Assembly (NCBI RefSeq): GCF_037042905.1
Contig: NC_087246.1
Location: forward strand, 13,454,001-13,518,000
Reading direction: 5' to 3'
Length of the DNA: 64,000 bases
Origin: Lytechinus pictus
Lineage: Eukaryota
A model generated the notes under the pieces. It was not told the origin of the DNA, ran no database searches, and worked only from the letters and a program-made list of their open reading frames with translations. A program made the translations under genes and the position numbers. Below are positions 38,001-53,000 of this stretch, piece after piece. Every line of letters begins with the position of its first letter. The stretch's first letter is position 1.

Positions 38001-41000
38001 GAGTAAATCTCACAGGAGGTTGCCACTTGGGAGAAATAGCTGGAATCGAGTGTTTACAAGATAATGGTAATTCGAACTCAGTCATCTTCAATAAGAATTA
38101 AAAATTGATGCATTTGTATACAAATTTTCATGTAGCATTAAAATGCAAATGAAAAAATAAAAAAACCCAGAAAAACATATACGATCTAAGCGCATTGCCT
38201 ATTTCTCAGACTTTGTGTGAGTAAAATTTATATTCATGAATGATGCATTTAATCATCGAACGAGGAGCCTTCCGCTATAAATGTTGAATAAATCAATCGA
38301 TAAATCATCGTGGCAACATCAGTCTATTGTGGCTGTTTCCCATTTCTTTTTCTCCTTTCCCCTTCCATCATGTTCATAGAATACGATTTTAGCCATTGAT
38401 GTCAAAGGCAAGTGTCCATAACAAATTTTATGTCGTATTAATAAACAAATGAAAATTGAAAAAAAAACAGAAAAACTTATACGATCTCAGTGCATTGCCT
38501 ATTCATCAGACTTTCTTTGACTCAAATAAAACATTCCTGATTGATGCATTTAATCATCGAACGAGCCTTCCGCTATAAATGTTGAATAAATCAATCGATA
38601 AACTATCGTGGCAACATCAGTCTATCATGGCTGTTTTCCATTTCTTTTTCTCCTTTCCCCTTTCATCATGTTCATAGAATACGATTTTAGCCACTGATTG
38701 ATGCATTTAATCATCGAACGAGGAGCCTTCCGCTATAAATGTTGATCAGTTGGTAAATTGCCAATTCGTCCACTGCCAACTCGTCCACTCACTACATGGT
38801 CCACCTTCATTTAGTTTAATGCCATTCCGTCCACAAACATTTAGGCTAACAACAATTTGGTCCAATAACCATTTGGACCAATCATCATTTCGTCTAATCA
38901 TAAGTTGGTCTATTACCATTTCGTATCATAACCAGTTGGTCTAATACTCGTTTTATTTTCATTCATTTTGCCCAATTAACACTTAGTCCAATCAGACCAA
39001 ATGGTATATGGACTAAATAGCTATTGGACCAACTAGTTATTATACGAAATGCTGAGTGTACGAAATGGCAATGAGACCATGTGGATATTGGACGAACTGT
39101 AGACAAGTTGTCAATTGGACGAATTGGCATTTGACCACATGAAAATAAACCGATTAGTTGATAAATGATCGTGGTAATAGCAGGCTTTGATGTTGTCAAT
39201 GTCTGTTTCTCCTTTTTCCTATCATCATGTTCATGGAATACAGTTTTAGCCAATGATGGCAAAGGCAAGTGTCCATTAAGAGGTTATTAATTTAATCAAA
39301 TGACTGACGACGGCAGTTATGAGACGATTATAGGTAAATAATTCGAATAATGAAAAAAAATTGATCGAGAAAATGAGCTACATGTATATTATTCCCTTAA
39401 TGGCAAAATAACAACATTGAGGCAGTGGCTTGAGATATAAATAGTAATTTAGTTATCATTAAAGAAGTTAATTATAAATCTGATTTTCGTTTCACCTCTT
39501 TTTTTATAGGAGATGTGTGTATTCCTGGCTTGTGTCATGGGGACAAAGATATGGAAGGTAAGATTTACGTTTCTTCAAGTTTATATAGTGAGGTTTTATT
39601 TTCATTTTCCTTCATATTTCAAATCAGGTTTATTTTATTTTTATTTTTACTTTATTTTATTTCATTTCCAGGTACACATACTCATAACAATAGTCAAATT
39701 CATTACATTGAAAATAATCATCATACAACATCCAATATACAATATCAAATAAAAATAAACACTCAAGAAAACATCAGCGAATGCCTGGTGATTATCAAAA
39801 GAAATCAAGTTTCTGTTAAAAGACTCTCCTCATTAGCTGGTACTAAAAAAAGAACATTAACATTAAAATACAGTTCAACAAATAACAAATAAAAATGACA
39901 TTTGAATACATAATTTNNNNNNNNNNNNNNNNNNNNNNNNNNNNNNNNNNNNNNNNNNNNNNNNNNNNNNNNNNNNNNNNNNNNNNNNNNNNNNNNNNNN
40001 NNNNNNNNNNNNNNNNNNNNNNNNNNNNNNNNNNNNNNNNNNNNNNNNNNNNNNNNNNNNNNNNNNNNNNNNNNNNNNNNNNNNNNNNNNNNNNNNNNNN
40101 NNNNNNNNNNNNNNNNNNNNNNNNNNNNNNNNNNNNNNNNNNNNNNNNNNNNNNNNNNNNNNNNNNNNNNNNNNNNNNNNNNNNNNNNNNNNNNNNNNNN
40201 NNNNNNNNNNNNNNNNNNNNNNNNNNNNNNNNNNNNNNNNNNNNNNNNNNNNNNNNNNNNNNNNNNNNNNNNNNNNNNNNNNNNNNNNNNNNNNNNNNNN
40301 NNNNNNNNNNNNNNNNNNNNNNNNNNNNNNNNNNNNNNNNNNNNNNNNNNNNNNNNNNNNNNNNNNNNNNNNNNNNNNNNNNNNNNNNNNNNNNNNNNNN
40401 NNNNNNNNNNNNNNNNNNNNNNNNNNNNNNNNNNNNNNNNNNNNNNNNNNAAATGAAAACTTTATTTACAAATTATAATCACAAAAGTCAGGTATATAAT
40501 AAAAGAATAGTTTGACATAAACATTCAAATGAGATCAGGTTGATTACAAGCACAGAGTTATAAAACCAAATGTTAAATGAGCCATGCAATGCTGCCCTCG
40601 TTAATTGTAAAAAGTAATCTATTCATACACCATTTACGTAAAAAGGCATCAATATTAGAACATAATTTGTAATAAGTAAATTCATAGAGTATTCTGTTTT
40701 TGAGACGATGTAACCAAATAATAAGTGGATCGGTGAAATTTGAGGTACGGTACATAAAATAAATGGTACTTTTTAAACTAATAATAAGAAAATTAGCAAG
40801 CCGGATAACCTTTCTGTCACGCCCTCTGGCATGCGGAATGAGTGCCCAGTATAGGTCAAAATTAAGTTTGAGAGAGGGGAGGAGATTGTTCAACAGTCTA
40901 TGAAGAAGATTGAGAGAAGGTTGGATTCCTTTACATTCGATGAACAGATGTTGAATGGTTCCTAGTTCTCCGCACCATCCGCAAAAAGAAGAAATGTCTG

Positions 41001-44000
41001 TATTAAGATGATGGAGTATAGTGAGCGACGGTAAAATATTGTGAAGGAGTCTGTATTGAATATCAGCCTCTTTTTTAGGTGTTGGTAATTGATAGATAGA
41101 TAGCCAGTTCACTTTTGTAGATGGATCGAGAAATCCAGTATCATGCCAATGTGAGCTTGATAAGATTGTCGTATTATCTAGTTCTTTCCTGTAGATTCTG
41201 TAGATAGCTTTAGAAGAAGCAATAAGTCCATTTTCGGAAGAAGCCAGAGTGAAGTTGATCGGAGTAACTGGAGCAGACAATAGATCAGAGTATTTGTGTT
41301 GACAGCCTGAGTCATTAAAATATGTAGGGAAAACTTTAGAGAGTGCAGTTCGAATGAGTAATGTTTCACGTTCGATGAGACGCGATGATGGTTGTCGAAG
41401 TCCTCTTGGAAAGTTCTTTTGAAGACAGCTACTCTCAATCCAAAGACCAGTTGAGTGGTTTATCAAATGGCGAACTAGTTTCACTCCGCATGCCATCAGG
41501 CGCGTCGGAAAAAAATTATCAACATCAATTGCATCAATAATATGAAAACTATTTAAGGGCATGTTAATTGCATGGCTGAAAGAGAGGGATTGTGTCACAA
41601 TTCGAGCTCCAGATGTCAACCAAGCTCGCAGAACTTCACTATAGTAAACTGGAAGACTTGTGTAAAACTTAGGATCAATTCTTGTAAAGAACAATTGGTA
41701 ATCAAATCCTAATTTACAATACTGTCTCAGAAAATGAGCCATAAAGTCGTTTACTGGATGAGAATTTAAGGAAAGAAACCGTTGAATAATCGAAAATCTG
41801 TAAGTTAGAACACGAGCTTGGAGACAAGCTAGCCCCAGCCCTCCTTCGTCAGGTTTTTCATACAACACTTCTTTCTTTAACCAGTGCCGCTTATTTGACC
41901 AGATAAAATTCACAATTAAATTCTGAAGTTCGTTTAATACATTTTCAGGAGGAGAAAGAACTGCAAGAACATGAAATATTTTTGATGCAGCGAGCTGGTT
42001 TGCAATCAATACCTTGCCTTTAAATGAGAGTGAGTTCGATAAACGAGACCACGAAATGAAAGTCTTATTAAGTCTTTCTTTACATTTAATCCAGTTTTGT
42101 TTAGAATAATTAAACGTGTTCCCTAAATGAACTCCTAAAAAGGGGAGACCTTCACTATTCCAAGAAAAGTTGAGGGGTTTATCATTCCGCCCTTTCCAAC
42201 GGCCGACCCAAAGGCCTTGTGATTTTTTTGTATTTAAACATGCAGCAGAGGCCAGACTAAACATATTGTAAGTTTGTTCAACTAATTCAAAGCCAGCATC
42301 GGCTGTGACAAATATCGATACATCGTCTGCATATGCAGATACTACACAAGGTTTGTTAATAGCAGGGATATTTAATGCATGATTTGACACGTTCTCTCTT
42401 AGTGAGTTCAGGAGAGGCTCAATGGCGAGAGTATATAGCAACCCTGATAGAGGGCATCCCTGTCGTATTCCTTTCTCAAAGGGGAAAGGAGCTGTCAGGG
42501 ATCCACACACTTTAATGAGGCTTTCAGCCCCTTCATACAAAATTCGTATATAGGATATAAAATGACTTCCAAAGCCCATGCGTTTCATAACATTGAATAA
42601 ATAAACGTGATCTACATTATCAAATGCCTTTTTCTGGTCCAAGTTCAATACAGCCAAAGAAATATTATCAGTGTTTGCATAGAACAAAATATCTCTAATG
42701 AGATTAATGTTGTCATAAATAGAACGACCGGGGATACAATAACTTTGGTCTCTTCCAATAACATGATCAATGCATGATTTTAGCCTACTGGCAAGCAGCC
42801 TAGCAAAAATTTTATAGTCTGTGTTGAGGAGGGAGACGGGACGCCAATTTGAAATATCAGCGAGGTCTCCTTTTTTGGGGAGTAAAGTAATGACCGCCCT
42901 CCTAAAGGAGTATGGTAAAAATCCAGATTCAAGAGAGGAGGTAAGAACTTCGAGAAAATCATCTTTGAGCATGGGCCAAAAGACATGATAAAATTCAGAG
43001 GTAAGTCCATCGATACCAGGAGACTTATTTTTACCTAGCTGCTTGACAGCATTATCAAGTTCTTCTACGGATATTGGATTCTCAAGGTCCTTTGATAAGG
43101 ACGGATCAAGCGTTTTGATATTTACAAGTAAACTATTGATGGCGCTTTTGTCAGTTGGCTTTCGAGTGTAAAGAGATTCATAAAAATCCCGAACATGATT
43201 TTTTATCTCAGAAGGGTTCTCCGAAATACGTCCCGAAGCGAGCCGAATGCGGGATATACTTTTTGATAAGGAATTCGTTTTTTCTAAGTTGAAGAAAAAA
43301 TTGGAGCATGAGTCTGTTTCATTTGTGTATTTAAAGCGAGACCTCACAAGAGCTCCGCGTGCTTCATTTTTCAGTAACGAGTTTAATGCATTTCTATGCT
43401 CGTCGAGAGTATATTTATCTTGTGGGCTAGATTCTTTTGCGCTCTGAAGTTTATCAATCTCCTTGTTAATTTCTATGAGAGCTTGCCTTTTCCTTTGTAC
43501 TATTTTTTTACTATACATTTGAGTAATTGATTTTATATGAACCTTTCCGAAATCCCACCAAGATGCAAGATTCGGGAAGTCATTTCTTTCTTTTTGCCAA
43601 TCTGACCAAAAAAGACGAATAATATCAATGTAACTTTCGTCTTCCAAAAGGGTGTTATTGAAAATCCAATATGCACTTTTTCCTTTAGCCCGTATTGGGA
43701 ATTTCAAAGTAAGAGAAACTGCAGAGTGGTCAGATAAGGAACAAGGTATAATTTCACACGTATGAATAGAAGAAACTAGACACGATGGTACATAAAATCG
43801 ATCTAATCTAGACTTTGAAAAGCCATGTGCACTGGCTGGATTGTGCCGTTGCCAGGTAAATTTCTTTTCATTTGGATTTAGAAAACGCCATGCATCGCAA
43901 AGAGAAGATTTATTCAGAACATTTTGCAAAGCCGTAACAAGTTTAGGTCTGCGTTCTGTGAGCGTGCACAAACGATCAATGGCAGGATTTTCAGTGCAAT

Positions 44001-47000
44001 TAAAATCACCCACAATCACAATATTATCTTCGCAACAGGTGGAGATATGACAATTAAGGGCATTAATAGCTTTAATTGCCATTTCATCAGATTGAGGAAT
44101 GAGTGTGTTGTATACATGATAAATACAGTTATTATGGGAGAGCTTGTTATACAATATATAGCTATCAAAAACAATAAAAGTAGATAAAATATCGACTTGA
44201 GAATTATTGACCAAAGTTGTCACTCCTGACCCTCGAGTAATACCGGGTGAGCAAAAAGGTTTATGGGACCAGTTGCTCCAGCAAGGATTGCTATCTTTAA
44301 GGTGGTAAGTTTCCTGTAAAAATACAACGAGCGGGTTGCATGCAATTTGCTCAACATAAACTCGGAAGGAGGCGTTTTGAGTTTGGGAGGAGCATCCTCC
44401 GGTGTTGAGGGTCAGCATTGACAGTGCCATTATGGCTATAGCAACTTGAGCGTACGTAATGAATGGAGAGAAGGTAAAAAGGAATTAGCTCTCCAGAGTG
44501 CTGATCAATTTGTATATCCTCTGCTGCATGTTACGTTTTACTAGGGGGCTGTTTTTCAGGGGCTTTAATTGTTTAACTAGCCCTGGAATATTTGATGTAT
44601 ATTTCCGTGCAATCTGGGCAGGCTTTTTCCGCCCTTTCACGTTTGATAGAAATTTCACAATTTGGCCTTGGGAGAGGGGGCCTTGAGTCAATGGGAGTGC
44701 ATCTTCCTTCGGGATATCTTCATCCGTTTGGGCATCTTCCCAAGTCATGGAGTCAGTGTCTGTAGATGAATCTCCAACTGTGGAGGATGGGGTAGGAGGG
44801 ATATTGGGGGTTTGGGAGTCAAGGACTTGTGTTAGGGTTGGAGAGTCTACGGTTTCGGTTTGGGAGGAGGGAGCTTTCCTGGCCACTTTCCGAAGAGGAA
44901 AGGGGGCCTTCAGTGTAGTAAGAGTAGTATTGTTTTCGTTTGATTCGGGTGTTAGTTGCTTACGTTTTGAAACAACTTCAGAGAAAGTTCGGACAGGTGA
45001 TGGGGGAGTTTTCCACACAGGCGAAGGGCACGCAGAAATAGATTTGGGGGGAGGGGACTTGGAGGACACGACTATGGGCGTGGTAGTTGAATTGCTGGAC
45101 GGTTGAGCAGGTGATGTCAGAGGTATGTGCAGTGGGGAGGATTGAGGCTTCCTAATGCGCGAGGGGGTGGCTGAGGTTGAAAAGGGCCCACGATCACGAG
45201 GTGGTAAACTAGGGAAATCAAAGGAGGTGGGTACAGGTGGGGGCATTGTAGTTGCCGCCAAGGGGGGAGGTGATGGTGGCATGGGGTCCGAAACCGTAGT
45301 GAGAGGCGGGGAGGATCCGCGCTGGCGCACTCTCGTGTCATTTGAAACTGGGGCAGCGTTTGTCTTTGACTGATTAGTATTTGTGCTTGATTGAGGTTTC
45401 TTACAATTGCGGGAAATATGACCAAATTCACCACAGTTAAAACATCTAACTGACTCAGTTGAAATAAATACACGATAGTTCATACCTGAAAACACGAAAT
45501 TAATGTTATCTGGAAGTGTTGTGTTAGGTTTCACTAACACTTGAACGTGCCTTCTAAAACTCATAATATGGTTTAGACGCTTGTCTTTAAATCCTAGAGG
45601 TATTGGTTTGCAGTCGGACACAACTTTGCAAAAAGGTGCTAGATTTTCAGTCAAGACAGAATTCGGTAGTTCTGGGTATACATTAGATAAAATGACTCGA
45701 GTAGTGGGCCGTACAAGGGGGGTTAGTTCAAGAAAGGCCCCCTCATACTCAAGGCCTTGTTGTACAGCATTGATAACAGCTTCTTTGGATTTTAGGTACA
45801 CAGCTATGCGACCATTAGAGATGCGAGAGGCAGATATTACGTCATTAGCGGGTATCGTTGTAGTAAAGACATTGATATAAGATTGTATCGTTACATTTTC
45901 AATAGCTTGAAAGCTTACACCATTGTGACGGGTGACATTTTTAAAATGTCCTACATTGTTTAACAAAGGGCCAGCTGCACTTGTGGTACGCTGGCCCTGT
46001 ACACTACGTTGGTTTGCTTGACTGGCCATGTACGAACCAGTCTAGAAACCTTACAAAAAATAACAGAAAATGTGTTTAAAAAACACTAAAATTGGTAAAC
46101 TTGACGAAGGAGGATCGAGTCTATATTAATCTATAACCCAACACAATTTTAATGGTACAAAATCAAGGACCAAATGGTCATATAAATCAGTGAAAAACCA
46201 GAAAAACCGGAGCTCGANNNNNNNNNNNNNNNNNNNNNNNNNNNNNNNNNNNNNNNNNNNNNNNNNNNNNNNNNNNNNNNNNNNNNNNNNNNNNNNNNNN
46301 NNNNNNNNNNNNNNNNNNNNNNNNNNNNNNNNNNNNNNNNNNNNNNNNNNNNNNNNNNNNNNNNNNNNNNNNNNNNNNNNNNNNNNNNNNNNNNNNNNNN
46401 NNNNNNNNNNNNNNNNNNNNNNNNNNNNNNNNNNNNNNNNNNNNNNNNNNNNNNNNNNNNNNNNNNNNNNNNNNNNNNNNNNNNNNNNNNNNNNNNNNNN
46501 NNNNNNNNNNNNNNNNNNNNNNNNNNNNNNNNNNNNNNNNNNNNNNNNNNNNNNNNNNNNNNNNNNNNNNNNNNNNNNNNNNNNNNNNNNNNNNNNNNNN
46601 NNNNNNNNNNNNNNNNNNNNNNNNNNNNNNNNNNNNNNNNNNNNNNNNNNNNNNAACAAGAAGGAAAGAAAGAAAACAAAAGCTGGATAAAAGTGAAAAA
46701 GGAGAAATGGTGAAAGCAAAGTAAGAAGAGAGGTTGGGAGCTTGAATGGAAATAGAGAGAGATAGAATTAGTGTAGAGGGGGGGGGGTGGGGTGGCAGAA
46801 TTACTGATATGCATTTTATTTTTCTTAAACGATTGATGGCTAGAATGAAGAAATTGCAATGTTTAAATTAAAAAAAAAGTTTAAAATGCCTTTTCAATTG
46901 GTGGCATGTTACATAAGAGCTCTCGAAGAGCATTAAGAATTATGTCGACATTTGGTTCCAGGCACAGGTCTCTCTCAGCCCTAGGAATCGTTTCCCAGAA

Positions 47001-50000
47001 GCGGGCAAAGCTATGAAAGCAAGTATATTTTAAAGCATTGCATCGTTTGATGATTAATATACTCTGAAACAATACATTTATTTTTTTTCCAGCAGATTTC
47101 AGATGCAACCCACTGACAGATGGATGCTTCGTTTTGCCTTGGAATGGTAAGATAGTAACCAACAAGACTATTAGTAGTTTTCACAAATAAATGATATTTT
47201 CTAAGAAGCATTGTTCTTAAATTATTGTGAGTTTTGATTTTTAGTTTTGTTGTCATTTTTTAAATCAAGAAAATAGGTATGATCTGTTCCTCTTATTCAT
47301 CTTAAAAAATAATTCACGGTAATATATTTCTTAGGGAGCCATATCGTAATTTACCTCAGTAATTTTCCTTTTGGAGAGGATTAATAGGCATATTTATAAT
47401 CAATATACAGTTTTTGTTCGCATATTTCATTCATGTTCAGAGAGAAGTTATTTTGCCATCATCAATTACAACTCTAATTGATTCAATCTCTCCCACTCTC
47501 ACCCCTCTCTCTCTCTCTCTCCGTCTGTCTGTCTATGGCATTCTCTCTCTCTCTCTCTTACTATCTCCCTCTCTGTATATCCTCCTCATCAGGTCAGTTA
47601 CACTGTTCTTTTTACGACTTTGGATTGTTCTCATTGGAGTGCATGTAAGTATGCAACATCCCCCGAGATTGGGTCAGGTTAGCTGACGTCATCACACGCC
47701 AGCAGTCATGGCAGTGGAGAATGTGCTTGCGGGCAACACCAGACCTTATAACTAAGAGTCTTCAATGGTTTATCTAGTCAATTCTTAAAGTAGAATATTA
47801 ATCCCAACACTTTGAATTCATTTGAAAAAAAAGCACTTATTATTATCATAAATTTAATCGTTGTTATAATACTTAATTGCTTAAACATGTTAAAGCCAGC
47901 CTGAAGATTCAGTAAGGTTCAGTAATGCAATTTATGTAATCTCGTTCCTATATAGTATTTCATATTTCTAACTAAATGAAGGTTTTGATTTTTTTAACAG
48001 AAGCTGGGACGAACTAGGTTCTTCGCTTAGCTCTGAAGGAATAAAAGACGAAGAGCGTGCTGAGCTTCTGTAAGTATCTTTGCTCTGGGTTTCGTTGAGC
48101 AAATTAATTTCCAAGCAACGATTTTGATTTGCCAAAGATAAGTTCATAATCATGATAATGGCTTTATTTGCCACTGTAAAGGCCCGGTCACATCGCCAGA
48201 ACTTTGCTGGAGCGTTCCTGGAGCGGTGAAAAAAAAAAGAATCATCACCGCTCGTTACCGTTCACCACCGTTTAACAAAAGTTGGCCCTCTTTAAGGCAA
48301 CGCCGTAAACGCTAGGCTAACGCGGATGGTCCCTCCTATCGCTCCGAAATTTTTGAGCCGCACAAATATTGCGAGCGGTGAGGAGTGGGCAATTTTCCGC
48401 TCCAGCAAAGTTCACCACAGCTCTAACAACGCCCAGCCAAAGTTCGGCACCGCTATATGCAAGTTCGTGGACGCTTGGGTCCGCTTGGCCAAAGCAGTAA
48501 TCGTGAACGCTGGACCACCGCTGCTTCGCCAGCTTTGCCTGGGCGGTGACTAAACGTTGCGCAAATTTTGCATGGTAGAGCGGTTGTAATAGTTTTTCGA
48601 GCGGCAAATGGATCGCTGGTACGGTGTCGGGCGTTGAAGCAGCGATCCATTGCGGTTATGAGCTTTCGTTACCGTTAAACCAACACTATAGCAACGCCGG
48701 CTTCAGCGGTGCACCGCTAAGGCAACGCCCGTGTTTTCGAAATAGACTATTAGAAAAAAAAACCCAGAAGATTTTACAGAAGAAAGAATAAAAACAGATT
48801 TCACAGAAAGAAATATCCAAATCATTCTGTAAATTGTTATACAGGAAAGATTTTTATTACAATAAATTTGTAAGGTTACATACACCAAATACCAATTTCT
48901 GTAATTTTGCACAAAAATGCTTGTAAGATTACACAGTGCAGTAAGGTTACAGGTGTTCTTGAGACTCTGCTACAAGAATCTTTTATTAAGTAGAAATTTT
49001 CTAACAATGTAGACTGAATGTACAAAAAGGATTTTCACACAAGCTTGATATAATTCATTTCAAATAAACATTTATTTTCTCCCATTTCACGATTTTCTAA
49101 ATTTTTCGTAAACATAAATTCATACAAAATCATTTTGTCATGAAGAATGTTAATATGTATAAGTTATGTTTATAGAAGGTGTAATACAATAATACAGTAA
49201 ACAACACAAAGAAAAGAAACTATATGGATTTAAGCTTGAATAGAAGTCTGATGGGCTCGATAAGTTAAACCGTGAAATAAGATTTGATAAGTATAATGTG
49301 TAATTATATTATGTATAATTCTATCCTACCTGCAGCAATCATTAATCGTTGGATTCTCAATGTCATTTTACCTCAATGTACTTTCTATCTAACTACAGTG
49401 TCTTCGATGGCGACGTTGTCCTCGTCTCAATTGATAGCAGAATTTTTAGAGGATTTGAAAACTTGCATTTTCTGTAAGTTCGGCGTTGTTTATTATTATC
49501 ATTTAGGAAATATTTACTTAGACACGACACAAATCGAATTCTTCTCTGGGACAAATGCCCAGTGACATACTGGAACATTGCAAATATTACTTGGAAATAA
49601 AATGCAAAGAAATATAAAGAACTGTGAAAAATATGCTGTTTATTTTAACGTAAGTTTGACGTTTTTGGAAAATGCATATATGTGTTGATCATTGTGTATA
49701 GATGTTGATAAAAAGTAACTGTATTCTTGTTGTAATACGATGATAACTAAGATTTATGGCAGGGCTAACACATTTATGTCGATCGGAATATAAATCTGTG
49801 ATTCAGATTATTCTTATTATTGCAGATATTTTGATAACAACAGCCTTACAGAAATCCAACCTGGAATGTTTGAAGGGTTGTCTTCTTTACGAATTTTGTA
49901 AGTTCATGAGTTTTTTTCTTTTCTTCACAGATGAACATAAAAAGGGTAAATCCTGGCCTTCATTTTTGGAATTACTGTTGTTGTTGTTGCAAACCTGTTG

Positions 50001-53000
50001 TAATAATTGGTTTTAACACGTTAGAACAACGTTTGAAACGTAAATCATTATCTTTCAAAGCGTTAGAGATAAAATCTTATTTTTCTAACTTCATATCTAT
50101 CATCTAGCGAATTTTTCAAAAGAAAACTATGATCTCGTTCACACCTTCCTGAATTGATCCGCGAAATAAAATAACAACACATCCCTTCGTTCTGCAGATC
50201 GAACTCTCCTGTCCATCAAAGAAAATGTATTTTGATGAAAGGTCCTTAGCAATCTCCACCCTACATCTGTGTCATTATCGTGTAGTCTTCATCCTTTGTA
50301 TCTCTGATATAAAATCATTATCTAATGGAAAATACATAATCAACTAAGTTCTTAACGTAAATCATTAATATCCTCATTGGAGATCAAACAAGGTGTATGA
50401 AGTTATATGAATGATACATGTTGTAGTTTGATGTATAATAAACGCCCCGCAATCAAATTATCTACATAGTAAATATGTTTCTGACTTTTAATCATATACT
50501 TTACAGAAATCTATCATCTAATGCTATCAATTACATACCGAATAGAGCATTTGATGGACTAGAAAGCCTGGTGATGTTGTAAGTATTAATTGTAAACAGC
50601 TGTATCAAGAGTTTGGTTGCAAAAAGGGTTAGATCCAGTTTGGACCATTCCAAGAAAAATCATGTTTTTTTAATTCTCCCATATTGCAATATTCCTATGA
50701 GAAACTAAATTGTCATGATGTACTACCCTGTCGTCTGAACCTAAAATTGGGTATAAAAGAAATATACCTGTCTTCAATTCTTTTAAATTGTGGATCTAAC
50801 CTCTTTTGCAAGTAAACGGAAATGGATCCAATCCCTTTTGAAAAATGGGGATTTTTCTTTGCCCCTTTTATTCACGTTGTAATGGAATTTCCAATTTTAT
50901 TTGGTATCATCAGAGCGACCAGAAATCTATAGGTTTTGAGGCAAAAAACAATAAAATTTTATGAAAAATGGATCTAACCTCTTTTGACAAATGAGCTCTT
51001 CAGAAGAGTTTGTTTGTAAAAGGGGTTAGATCCGCTCCAAGAAAATAATTTTTTTTAATTCTCCCATATTTCAATATTCTTATGCGAAGCTAAATTTTGA
51101 TCATAACCTACCACATGAACATAAAATTGGGTATAAAAGAAATATACCTGTCTTCATATTTTTAAAGCATTCTTTCCCAAAAATCCCTTTGTGGATTTAA
51201 CCCCTTTTGAAAACAAACTGAAATGGATCTAACCCTTTTTGGAAAAAAACGATTTTTCTTAGCTATTTTTGTTCAATTTTAATGGGAATTCAACTTTTCT
51301 TTGGTATCATCTTCATGATCGTATACAGTTACTAAAAGTCTATACATTGAAAAAAAAATCAAGTTTGATGAAAAATTGATCTATCCCCTTTTGCAATTAA
51401 GCTCTTCATATCAAGGTATAATTGAGGAAAAGTGGAATTGCTAATGGAACGGGGGAACAGACAGATTAAATAAGGGGGGGGGGGGTGCTGCCCATATAAT
51501 CTATGAATGTAATTTTACTTTGATTTTCCATTCGATTTCTATATACCAAGGGAAACAAAGGAAACCCATTTTAGGTAGAATTCAAATCCATGGCGGTAGC
51601 CAGGTTAGATGGTAACAACTAGTGATAATATCTTGACTGTGTGATCCACTTCGCCTATGTTGACGTCAGTTTTATCCCTTTTAAATATTTGCTTCCTTAA
51701 ACTGACTATCGAGGGGTTTGTGGAATTTGTGATATGAATTTTTGTTGGATTTTGACAATTTGTTTCGGTCAGACAGTCATAGTTTACCAACGCACTGCTC
51801 ATTTTGACCAAAGTATTTTTAAGTAAAGGCACAAGTTAACGCTAAAATGCAATTTTGTTAGATCACAATTTCAAACAATCATATTCAAAGAGTTTACCGT
51901 TCTCATTTCGAAAATTCTTTTTTATTATCATTTAACATAACATAGAAATTACCAACAGAAATGCATATTTCGGCTCCAAACAGATACAGGTATTATTTTT
52001 AATTCAAAAAATATTCTTGAAGAAGAAAGGACCTTTTATGCTAATTTGTATTCATCTCAAGAGAACATTCTGAATAGGAATATATCAATGAAAAACTTAA
52101 ATATACCAACTGTAAATGAGAGTGACATAAATATGTTGGGATCAATGATAACAGAGAAGGAGTGTTTTGATTCAATTATGTCTTTTGCAAATGACAAGTC
52201 ACCAGGGAGTGACGGGTTGCCAATTGAGTTCTACAAGACTTTTTGGAATGAAATAAATCCTTTACTATGTTTAGTTTTTAATGAAAGTTTTGAAAAAAAT
52301 GTATTAACTCATTCAATGAGGAGAAGTATTATTACACTGTTGCCTAAAAAAGGGAAAAATTTACTTTTACTGAAAAATTGGCGTCCAATCTCTTTATTAA
52401 ATAGTGATTATAAGATTCTCGCAAAAATAATTTCTTTCCGAATAAAAAAAGTAATATCACCTCTCATAAATCATGATCGATGTGGTTTTCTCAAAGGACG
52501 TTATATTGGCGAAAATATAAGACTTTTTATTGATATTCAAAATTATTGCAAAAAGCACAATGTTGGCGGTCTTGCATTCTGTATTGACTTTGAAAAAGCG
52601 TTGGATACAGTAGAGTGGTCTTTTATATACAAAACTATAAGAAGGTTCGGTTTCAGTGAAAAATTTGTTCGTTGGGTTCAACTTCTTTATGTTGATATTA
52701 AAGGTTGTGTAATAAATAATGGCTATTCCTGAAATATTTTTGAAATACACCGCGGGGTAAGACAAGGTTGTCCGCTCTCGCCATATCTCTTTATTTTAGT
52801 TGTTGAAATTTTAGGTTGTTTAGTTCGAGAAAATCAAGAAATTCGTGGTTTAAAAATATATGATAATACTGAAATAAAGATAAGTCAATACGCAGACGAC
52901 ACAACCATTTACCTTGAACCCAACGAACAAAACTTAAGAAAATGCATATCTGTATTAAATACTTTTAAAGAAATGTCTGGATTGAAAGTCAATGTTTAAA

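Larger units (their letters stand above)
40451..46217 (-). mobile_element. Apparently full-length Tx1/L1-clade non-LTR retrotransposon, antisense within a GPCR intron
   Basis: Two intact ORFs separated by 54 bp; minus-strand AATAAA at ~40461; both ends run into N gaps. Confidence 0.92.

Noticed and set aside
39895-46859. ORFs containing long X runs
   Set aside because: Artefacts of N gaps.
47441-47480. LRR-like REVILPSSITTL after a cag
   Set aside because: No GT donor, and the phase is incompatible with neighbouring exons; at most an exon relic.
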